This document shows, piece after piece, positions 12,961 through 24,900 of a stretch of DNA of 64,000 bases. How positions within the stretch are numbered: the first letter of the stretch is position 1; each line of letters starts with the position of its first letter. Origin of the DNA: Lytechinus pictus (Eukaryota); contig NC_087245.1 in assembly GCF_037042905.1 (NCBI RefSeq), forward strand, positions 3,474,001 through 3,538,000, written 5' to 3'. The notes beneath the pieces were generated by a model, which saw only the letters and a program-made list of their open reading frames with translations, did no database searches and was not told where the DNA came from. The position numbers and the translations under genes are program-made.

Positions 12961-15900
12961 TAATTATTATTATTATTGTTATTATTATTATTGTTCATTA
13001 TCTTGATCCATCAAAAATTTAGCCAGCCAAAATCTACCCGAAGTCTCACACAAAGCTTATATTCCGGTCGACCATCTATTAGCACCGCCGTAAAGACATC
13101 GATAGCAAAGGAAAATATTTTAGTCTACTCTAATGTGTCACATTATATGTGAATTTGAAGTTTTAAAACCCACCTTGTAAACGACGGATGGTTTGCGTTT
13201 TAATGATTTAAAACGAATTTTGCCCCCAAGTACCTGATAGAGTATTTTCCTCTATTAATACGAAACATTAATAATAGTATGCTTTAAGTTTTGTCCACCA
13301 TGTCCACAGTCCACATCTTCATCATGTTCATAAGGCATTATAATCATGAACTAAATTGATATTTTGATAAAAATCAAGTGTATGATTTGTATGTGTGACG
13401 TTTCCTTAAATAAAACACATAATAATGTTCATGGCTTATTTCCTTTTTATATTTCTTTTACATGATCTATGTGAAGTCTTCCTATTATATCTTATTTCAG
13501 TAATGCGTACTTAGTGTTTCGTTTCTCATTAGATTCACCTATTATGTTACAGTGATAATGTATGATTGGACAAAGTAGACTCATGCCTTCTCATCTGAAG
13601 GAGACCGAGAAAATCCCCTGTCACCTTTCCCAATATCATCGTCTCCACCCCCTATTCATTAAGGACATGCACCCCCCCCCCTCCTCTTGTGTGTCCCGTT
13701 TCTATCATCAATATATTATGTGTGCTCATTGGGAATACTATTCATCCCTTGAACAAACTCAAACACTCTATCCCTTATCTACAGCAAATGATGTTCTCTA
13801 TAAATAAACATAGTTTTATGTGTTTGAAGGAAGCAAATGGAAAATCACTTTATACCTTTACAAAAAACGAACAATTGGACGAGAGAATGTGCTGGGTGGA
13901 AAAGAGTAATGTAATTATCTTGAGTAAATGTATGCACATGGGTCATCTGATAGTATTGTCTTTTAGATAGGAACAGCTTACACGCGCGCATCAGTTGGAT
14001 AGCATCGGGAACACTAAAAAAAAACATGACCAAGGAAAGCCAGTCTTGGTACTATAGAAAGTGATATTTCAGGACTTATATTAATGTGGAGACTCTCCTT
14101 TCATCATTAAGGAGTGACCATTTCCACTTATGTGCATGCTATAGACACATATCTTACTGTATCGCAATCCAGATTACATGTAAATAAGAAGGGCAATTAA
14201 TTGGATATTCCCTTTAAGGGGTTTCAATAATAACTATATGATGTACAGGTTACTCTGCTGATTTTGTCTAATTGGTTCATTTCAAATGCGTTTGTTTCAA
14301 TAAAATGTTATTATTCAATAAAATTATACATTATTTGGCTTGCTAGTACTACAGAACTAATGTCATTTTGTCCGGTGGATTTACATGTATTACAGAAAAT
14401 GACTTGAGAAGCAGGTCAACGTTTATCAATATTTCGGTATACACTGGCGTTGTATCAGGTTTAATTTATCTTTTATGTCTCAGATCAGTCATTTATAATG
14501 AGACAGGCTTGGATTTGTACCATAAATGAATCTTATACCCAAACATGCAATCCCGTTTGTTTCATCTCAAACAGAATGACTCCCAAGCGGATATATAAAG
14601 CTCATTGCATTGAATGATGACCGTCGCCCCGGAAGCAAACGCATATAAATCTTTTCCCCCTTTTCAAGCCATAGTATGACGGACAACCGTTACACTGTCA
14701 TCACCTGGGACATTCCGATAAATAACCCAGTCTCTTTTCCTCTACCGGCTAAGTTCATATCTACCGCTGATGACGTAGATAGTCATGTGATACATGAACC
14801 CAATTAGAGGCGGAATAAAAAGTTGCCTCTCTTATGATAGGCTAATGCAATTCCCTCGTTTGTGTATCTTTAGTCAGGGTGGTAAACCGAAGCTTCTCTA
14901 ATTGAAAATGCTGCCAATTTGCGGCGTACATCCTTGGCCCCGTGTAATCCTCACGAGGGTCAAGACCTTGGCTACATTTTTTATGACAAAGTATTCTATT
15001 CAGTTCGCATTTGGGAGTAGGCCTACATTTTTGGATCGTCAAAATTATGTTTATGATTTTAATATTAGTTTCACGTATTAAACTGTATCATTAAACAATA
15101 ATAGCCAATCATAACTCGATATTTTGTCTCAATTCTTCTTGCACATCGTGTTGTTCGGCTATGTGTCATAGTCTTTCGGGTGCATATTTCAAAGCCGCTA
15201 TGCTATTGTGTTTCGTCTTGGATTGAAATATGTATAATCGAATGGTTGTTCACACTCTGTTTTAGCATCATTGTTATTAATATGATTATTATCACGTGTA
15301 TTAATCGTCGGGTGGCAGAGAAGTCCTCACGGTGATTTTCAGGCTGAATAATAGGATACAATATTTGTGATCAGAGAGAGCCTAGGGTGTTCAAAAATAT
15401 CATTTGGTCTCATCTTAATAAATATGTGCCTACAAGCAAAAAAAAATTCCTATCATTTTTTTTCCAACATAGTTGTTCTTGTTCACTGCTTTTTCTGCAC
15501 GCTCGGTGGAAAGTGACTTGCACAACACCCTCTTAGTCATGTTCTATGTCGCACGAACCCCAAGGCGTTAGAGGAATCATTGAGACGGGAGGATTTTGAT
15601 GAATTTTGTGAGAAAACAACTATTCGTGATTGTCTTTTGGCGTTATAGGTCCCCATATACTGTCGCAATGAGAGTGGCGATAAGCTAAATCATCGTCCCC
15701 AAACAGCTGGACCAACGAACCAGCACAAATCTGCTGGAATTCCAGATCCCAGGTTGGGGAAAGACTGGAGATGGATTCGTGAGACTCTCACCAAACCTTG
15801 AGGCCAGGATGAGGATGGAGGACAGATGACAGAGGGGATGGATGGATATGGATTGGGTGTAGAAGTAGCATGACAGATTACAAAGGGGTAGAATAAAAGA

Positions 15901-18900
15901 GAAAATGGCATGAAGGGGGTTAAACAGATGGCGTAATGGGTAAAAATGATATAATATGGGACTCGGAACTTGATTAACAGACATCGAATGTGCATGATGA
16001 AACGTGGTATCCCACACAATATATATTCTAGAAAAGCTATGTGATTAGTGATGGTGGTGATGTTTTACCTGATTGCTAAGAAAGCATGAATGCTTGTAAG
16101 CAAGCAACCAGAGGACCGATGGCTTAAGGTTCTCTCCGAGGTACCTGGTAACGAGGATTAATGCCTTAACAAAAGGCACTAGCGCCCAAGTAGGAATCGA
16201 ACCCGGGTCACTTGAATCCGAAGCCCTCGCTCTAATGTACCGACTGAGCTATCGTTCATCATGGAGATATTCAGTATAAGAGTCGGCATTTTCATGTCAC
16301 AGAATGATAACTAAAGAGATAATGAATAATTTCTGATTTATGGTGAGAATAAACAGAATGTTCAATAGACAATGTTGCTTGAAGATATCTGTCTGAAGGT
16401 CAATAGCACATGGTGAGGGGGAAGGAAGGAGGTTCAAGAGGAAGGAAAATAACGTGAAGTCAGTAGTTAGTGGATGGAAAGGTGAAGAGAAAGATGAGAG
16501 GAAGAAGAATAAATCCCTGAACTCCTTGGACCATGTCTACACGCTAATATGAAACGGATATGCTCGTAAAAGAACGAAATGAAGAAGCAAAACGAGAGTA
16601 GAAAGGGAGCGGTAATGAGGGATGGTGAGCATGGAATTCAGCTTGCATTCCAATTCGGGAATTTATTTGTCAAGATTAAGGTCAATCCAAAAAGACTCCA
16701 AGAGAATCTTGTTTCGAGTGCTGGTGAAGAACATGTCATCCACGGACTTAAGTTCAATGTTTACGTCGCTGGGCTCAACGATTGTCAAAACATACGTGAC
16801 TATAGTTGGGTTGTAGAACATTAGAGTTAGAGCAAGCTCTTCTTTTATTTCCCATCCTTGGGTTTCTCTCCTATTTCATGTTGTAGAGTGACTTACTATT
16901 TCTTGTTAGGTTTATATTAGATTTAGAGAAGATAGTTTTTTCACACTTGAGAACAAAACATCACCAGCCTCTCATCAACTATCTTATTCCTCTGACTAAC
17001 GAGACTCCTCCTATATGTTATGAAGGATTTGAATAGATCAACTTTCAATTTGCAATTGTGACGGTGTAATTATCATTCATGTCGACTAGTAGGGATAAAC
17101 CTGCTTGTAACTTGTCACTTTAAAAATCTTCATCGTCATGGTTTCTATAGAAACGCTGACCCCATACAATCTCCTAGGGTAGTTTGTATTTCGTGTGCAT
17201 TATCATGGTGATCTTGGTTACTATTGGATTTTGGAGAGAGTCAATCGGACCATATCCCTCGCTTCGCCACAAATCTTCATTTTTAGAATGTATTACTTAA
17301 ATAACAATAAATTCTGCAGCAAAATTATTTTTTTCGAATCAATGTGCCTCCCTTTTATTTCAAATTTGCCCCACCATCATCCCTTCGAACCGCCATAATC
17401 TACTTTCAATCTTCTTTGCAAGAATCAGCAGAAGATATATATTCATAATTCTAAACAAAAGTATTTATTTATTCATTCATTTTGTTTTATTTACCCAGTG
17501 TGGTCTCTTCAGTACAAAACTGCTTTACAAGAGAGCCCTGTTAAAGAGAGTAAAACATTACATACAACATACAGAGAAAATGCAGTCAACCATGAAACAA
17601 CAACAAATAACACCAGCATAAAAAATAGAAATACTTAAAAATAGGGTAATACATTAAAATCAGTGAAGGATGAAGACAAATCATACAAACAACTGCCAGT
17701 TAACGTCATTAAAAACATGATTATGAAGGTGTTATCCTTTATTTTTTTTAATTAAAACTTTTAAAATTATTTGCTAGCGTATTGAATTACGAATGATTTT
17801 CGTTGCATATCCGACAGAATTATGTTGATGAATCAAAATGTTTTATCGCAAGAGAACTTCTGCACTTGGTAAACGAAGAGGTATTAAAATATTCGTGAAA
17901 GAGATATTACTATATTTTTTTTCAAAAAACGGGACAAGTAGAGATTTACTATCTTTCTTCGTTTTTTTAATATAATCAATAATATATATATTTTTTTATA
18001 ATCAATAATCAATGTATAGCAATCGAAAATAAAATGAAAAAGAGAAACTAATTTTTTAACAAATAATTATGCTCTCTTCTTTTCTTGACTTTTCTTAACC
18101 TTTCAGATCTGACATGGCAATGTTTTACAATGATAGGGCGGTATTGGAGAATCATCACATAAGCAGCTCATTTCGTCTCATGAGAGATGATGAAAGAAAT
18201 ATTCTTGCTAATCTCTCAAAAGAAGAATACACGTAAGTATATTCATTTATATCACTTTACGGGTGGTAATTTGTTTATTCTTCTACTTCCTGATAAATTG
18301 ATTCTTTACAATATAGTCGGCTGAACCACCAAAATTACCAGAAAAAATCTTCACATCTGTTTTTATCCGGGTTTTTTCAATTGTTTGACTGTGATATTAT
18401 TATTTACAGAAACATTTCGTAATTCACCAGCCTATCAAATAAAAACTATGAATAACCCACGTTCTAAATTGCTGCTCGGTTCCTGTAGGGTGTTACGTTC
18501 TGCGAAACTAGAATAGCTTTTGTTCACATATAACTTGAAAGAATCATTCTTACAGTCGTCGAAGGTGCTGTGCCAATTATATTTTTTGCCTTGGAGTATG
18601 GAGGAGAGACTAACAAGATATCTTGAAGTCTCAGTGGTACCCGTCTTTGAGTTTAACCGAGTTTTTTTTTTATCATATAAAGCTAAAACCTCTTTTTGTA
18701 AACAAATTAGAATGAGTGGTCGATTTAAACGTCAGTTACCAAATGCCCTAATGCTAATTTGAAAAATATTATGTCAAATTTGTGTGTCCTTAGTACATTA
18801 GTCTACTTCATAGGTGTATATTGTATCATCTAACATGAGCTTTTAAGGAACGCTTTATACTATACCCAACGGGCATCGTTCACCAATGCGAAAAGAATGC

Positions 18901-21900
18901 GAATGGTTACTTGTCCAGAAAAATACGAAACCCAAAATGATCATTTTTTTATTATAAGGCAATCATAATTACATTTGGCAATTTACACCTCACATGCCTC
19001 CAGCTAGATCTTCCTCTTTCTTTTGAATTGATATGTTCATGATCCATACTTCATGCATGAGTGAGTGGGTGAGTATCAAAAAGTAATATAGTGGTCAACG
19101 TGTTTTCATTACAAGGATGCCTGCCATAAATGAACAAACAAATTCAGAGACTTCATTTTGATCACACATTTATCTAGTACTTAATTAACTACGTTTATTG
19201 CAGGTAGTCAATGAAAATGACCCCCCCCCCCCTGAAATTGTAAGTCCTTGCACACATTTACACAAACAGAAATTCGTTATCCGTTTATTCTTTATGTATT
19301 GAGATGTCAGAATTATTTTTTCTTCAAAATGAAGATATCGCCCGCCAAACGACTTTTGGGTGAACTTTTTTTCAAATTACTTTGATAATTGGGCCCGAAG
19401 TTTGTCATAAGTTTTATCGAGAGAAAGAATATGAACCGAACCATGCAATCATTCATAAATTACTACTCAGATTCTGTTATGATAAAGCATTAATTTTATC
19501 CCTTTTCTGAGACATTATATCAGTACATGTCAACTCGACAGAAAGGTTAAGTTCTGAATAGAAATCACATATATACATATATATGTATAAACCACAATTG
19601 TCTTTAAAATAGAAAAGTGAGGTGCGAAAGTGTAACATGAAAGATGGATTAGAATCTACCACTGCGATTTCATTAATCGTCATTCCTGACAGAAATAAGT
19701 GACACCTCCACCACCACCACCAAACATCCTACCATACATAATGACCAGTTGTTGTCCCAATCAATCAGATATTCTCATCTTAAATCCGATAGCTAATTGA
19801 AATGAATACCATGTGTTTTCCCAATTAGTCTGCAATTGTGTTTGACTCATTTAATGATGAGGGTCGCCCCTTCGACGGAGCGGACCTCTGCAGAATAGTG
19901 CGAAAAGGAGTGGATTTATTATTTTTTAAGTGATTCATTAATCACGTTAATTTTGTGTCCTATTAGGAAAATATATATAAAAATAAGGTCTATTTCATTA
20001 GATTTTTTATGTTTTATTTTATTCATATCTTTTTTTTTCATTCTTATTTACATTATCAATTTACTTCAGAACCAAAACTCTATATGACTCAATTTAAACC
20101 ACGTAGAACTAATGAAGTCAGACTTTAGGACATCATTTTTTTTCCTGATAGGCTTATTATTATTCTTTATGCAATCAAAGCATATTAGTACAAAAATGGT
20201 GACAATGAATTTAAAATTTAACCAATAATGAAAAGTATTACCCAATATAGGATTGTATAGTAGTTATATTCATATTTAAGCTTTAAGTTTTATTCATAAA
20301 TTACGTATTTCAAGGATATGTACAAAACAAAATGCCTTTTGTTTGAAACGCCCTGTAGGCCTATACTTTGTTCAGAATTATATAATGTGTGTATGATATG
20401 ATTTGTATTATGTCATTTATATCATTGTTAAAATGTTTATGCAAATATATGCCCTATCGGAGGGTAATAAAAAAATCATGAAAAAAAAATATGTACAAAA
20501 GAATGCTCATTGGAGTACTTGTCTACCTCGAGCCCTGCAAAGTGTGAACACAGTGTGCTCATGCCTTATTTAGGGGGTCAAGGGGGCTCGTGCCCCATGT
20601 TTCACTTTCATGGAGCGCAAAGAAAATACAATTAAAGGGAAACTGGGAGAATGGTAGAGAAAATTGGATGAAAGAGGAAGACAAAGGGAAAGGGAAATCC
20701 CTGAAAGTTTAATCCACTGAACATTCGAGAAAGCTTCCTCATCAAGATTTAAAATGGGTGGGGTTTTAACGCTTACCCCCATTCTGGAAGAGGTGCGATT
20801 TCGGCAATTGTCCCTGGTTACAAATAATGGAAGGGCCCCCAGACCGTGACACAGGCTCCCGGGCGCTATAAATACGCGACTGAACGTAATAGTTTAATCT
20901 GTGTAACAGTATGTCTTTGACAACATTTTTCTTCCACTCGAAAGTTCGTTTGTAGACCCCCTCCCCTCTACTTGAGCCCCCATTCCATCTTCATAGCTCA
21001 TCTGGTGTTAACGACCGTGACATGAATTAAAGCAGACTCTCATTAGTAATGTGTGCATGTCATGTGGGGTAATTTCACAGTCGAATGCATGGACAGGTTT
21101 GTCTTGCTACGAAACATTCGCTCTTATAGAGTCGATCTGTTTCTGGTACATTTGGGTTGGGGTCACATCACTATTATCGAACGAAAGAACACGAACTTTT
21201 ACTTATACACATGGAATACAATCCATGTTTACCATCATAATATCTTGTTTTGAATACGATTTGATTTTTATTTTATAATAATTTATTACTTTTGACTGAA
21301 TAGTATGAACTTCAAGTTAAAAATCATCCTGAATTTAATTCACGACAGAGCAATACACTCTTTAGATTTAAACCATTTCATGCATGCATAATAGTCAGAT
21401 CGTACGCATGAATATACGACAAAAGAACATTATTATGTCATACATGATGTATTTCGAAATTAGATTCAGTAATTCACGCATAACACATTAAATAAAAGGC
21501 ATTTGAAGTTTAATATTAACCCCACATCATTTTGGGGGTCGTATTAATCACGTTTTTTTTTTAAGTAAAGGTATATCATCTATGTTCGTCATTAGCTGAT
21601 TAATGATTATTGTGAAATGATGCCCACCAGTGGTTTATTCTTCTACTCATATCATGCATAGTGCAGGATGGGTTATGCACCTATATATTTTCATCTGTGT
21701 GCATTATTTCATATAGAATGTTATGGTGTAACATATGAGAGGAAGAGTTCAATTGTTAAAGTTCATATGAATTAATTTTAAAAAGGAAGAAAAAGACCAA
21801 AAAAATATCGCAAATGGAATTGTGATTCGATGGAATTTGTTTTCATATGTCATTAGTAACTTAACAAACATGCAACCTTAAACTATTAGGGACGTTCTGT

Positions 21901-24900
21901 TTTCAAACTAATTATTTAATATAGAGATAGCAATCCAGATAATTTTACTTCCCAAAACTATGGCGTGTTGGCGAAATGTCAAAAAGGTAAATCTGAGGTG
22001 AAAATATATCGTCTTTGTTTGTTACTTTCATGCTGTATTTGACATTAATCATTTTGTTTATTTCTTTCAATGTAACCAAAAGAATGCAAACTCGAGACGA
22101 AATATGTACTTCGTCTATGTTTCATGAGTACAGCCCATCACTTAAGTAATGAAAATCGCTTCGCATATTGTACTCCTTTTGATACGAAACAGGGCATCCG
22201 CTTGAATAACTACTTGATTATTCCTATTTTTATCGTTTTTTTTCTTTTCCCCAGGGAGCTTCGGAACCTGGTAATTGACATGGTACTAGCTACAGACATG
22301 TCCTTTCATTTCCAACAGATCAAGCAGATGAAAGCGATGATCTCCACCACAGAGGCGTAAGTCAGGAGATTATTGGGCTTTGTTTATCGTCAAACAATAA
22401 TTTGTTTTATGCGTATACTCTATAGTGTCTTATTCTAAGAATGAATACCTGAATAATAATTAAGATGAATAATCACAGACAAAAATAAAAGAAACAACAG
22501 ACAGAAATATAAATTATTACCTTCTAAAATATAATTTGACATGGCTTGTCTATATCCGCCCCCGTCGCCTAATGGAAAAATAAGAAAAATAGAAACTCCC
22601 TGAATCCATTTGCCATATTTTTTCAGTATCTAGCTAATTGAAAATCAATTGTTTGTATTCATTCTGCTGAATCCCTATTTCCAAACGAACTTTATTTCTT
22701 CATCGACTGGATCTGTTTTATCCAGACCCGTGCGGTATGCGTAATGCTGTTTTGACAAACAGGTTATATTACATGACTTTTTTGTGAAATTGCTGAGATC
22801 AAACATGATTAAATATTTGCACTCATCTTGTATTTATTTTGTTAATTAGATTGGACAAACCTAAAGTCATGGCTCTCACACTTCACTGTGCAGACATCAG
22901 CCATCCTAGTAAGGAATGGAAGTTCCATTATAAATGGACCACATTACTTATACGGGAATTCTTTAGGCAGGTGAGTAGAACCCTTTGATCTTCCCTATCG
23001 GTGAAGATCACCTGGACACCAGGTTGTCGTTGACACCACGAAAAATAGAAAGAAACGAACAGAGATACTGGAAAGTCGGGATTCGAGTAACAATAATTTT
23101 GGACTCGTTATATGAAAAATAAAACACGTAAAAACAACTAAACTAAACTTGTTGTCTTTGTGAACAGGGCGACAGAGAAAGAGAAATGGGCTTGCCAATA
23201 TCACCTCTATGCGACAGGAATTCAACACTCCTAGCTGAGTCACAAATAGGTGAGGAACTTTACTTTGATCTCATCTTTTAAGCAACTGATGTTCAATATT
23301 CAAGCTAGAACAAGTGACAGTCGCAGAACTGTTATCACGTCAAAAGTTGGCAGATAGGTGTTTTCTTCTGAAGGAGTTACGAAATCATTATTCATACTTT
23401 AGTGCATCTTACCATGGACCTATTACGAATGGACATTCAACGAATCCCCTCCTTTGACACAGAGACCGTCGCCGCTAATCCTTTTATAAACAGAGCGCTG
23501 GCAGCTGACACCCATCAAGCCGGTCGTAAAACATGCTCTCACTGATTGACAGCGGAAATCAATTGTACGCTGCTCCTACCCATTGCGATGTTGTTCGTTC
23601 ACTTTATCAAAAGCAACGCACAGCAGCGAACGTTAGCGCTATGAAAATGATAGCAGAAACAAGAAAACAGGCGTGCATAAACGTATTTTTTACGTACATC
23701 GCTAACAACCGGAAATGAAATGCATTGACATCACCTTGCAGATCCGTATATCTACGGCAAAAGAGCAGTTGAAATTCGACGAAAAAATCTGCGGAAAAAC
23801 GTTAAAATCTCAGCTTTTTCGGACAGTATCGATGTCGATAGTAGCGCTTACCTTCGGTCAGAAGTTGATTTTCATTTGGGCATAAAATTCCACAGGATTG
23901 ATGAAATTTAACGGGATTTTTTTTTATGGACAGACGACAATCGCACATTATAGAGAGCCTAAAATAATGTACTGAAAAACCGGATATGAATTGCGCATTG
24001 CATGCATTCTAGGTAATGTAAGGACTTTCCCTATTGGCAATCGGGGCTACAACATGACCGTCTTTGGTCGAAAGAGGGCCAGTGATCGATCGGTGACGAT
24101 CATCGGGCGAAAGGAGCTTGTGTAAACAATCACCCCGGGCGGTCGTTGTAAAAACCGCGTAAAGAGAAAGTTAAGGGTTAGACAGCAATTTTGACAGCTG
24201 GAAACAGGTGGTGGTCATAAAATGCTCTCGTTGAATGTCCATTCGTAATAGGTCCATGGTATAAGTAAGGAAAGAAGGCTCCGACAAAGATAATCAGTGG
24301 TGCAAGTACAATGATTTAGAGGAGCGAACTGATTCAACCTGCAATCGTTTGAGAGTGTGTCTGATCAGGGGTCACGAAATGAGTTTTCTTTGTTTTATTC
24401 AGCAAAGTCTGTTAGATCCGACAGTGTGAATAGCAATAGTCCGACACCAGTGCTTCTCGACCTGTTTTAACCAAGGAAAGTTGTCAGATCCGACCACTTG
24501 TCAAGCGAAATTGTTGATTAAGTGCTCTCAAGAATGTTTCAGCACCTGTGGAGATGATAGAACGATAGGGACAAATAACATTATTGAAATATGAAACTAA
24601 ATATTGATAGATAACAAAATATCCATTTCAAGATGCATTTGATAAATGCCTAACAAATGTCCCACCCTCGGTCTCCCCATTTCCCCATTTAATAAATCTG
24701 CGGAATATAGAAAAAAATAATGCATAGGCTTCTGAAAGTCTCTTATAGAGATAATTCTTTATTTACAATTATCTTTTCTCTTCTTTCCCCATCAAGGTTT
24801 CATCGATTTCATCGTTGATCCAAGCATGAATGTATGTGGGGATATGATAGATCGGATACTAAGAGAAGAGCTTCAATCGGCCTCCAATTCTCCATCTGCA

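Noticed and set aside
12659..12998. Poly-Leu and poly-Thr/Asn ORFs
   Set aside because: Translations of the (AGT)n/(TAT)n microsatellite.
15649..16019. Overlapping ORFs or an alternative PDE1 exon
   Set aside because: No homology recognised; splicing in PDE1 phase gives a stop within about 13 codons.
16663..16821. 52-aa minus-strand ORF MFYNPTIVTYV...LNLDK
   Set aside because: Protein-like composition but no domain, promoter or splice support.
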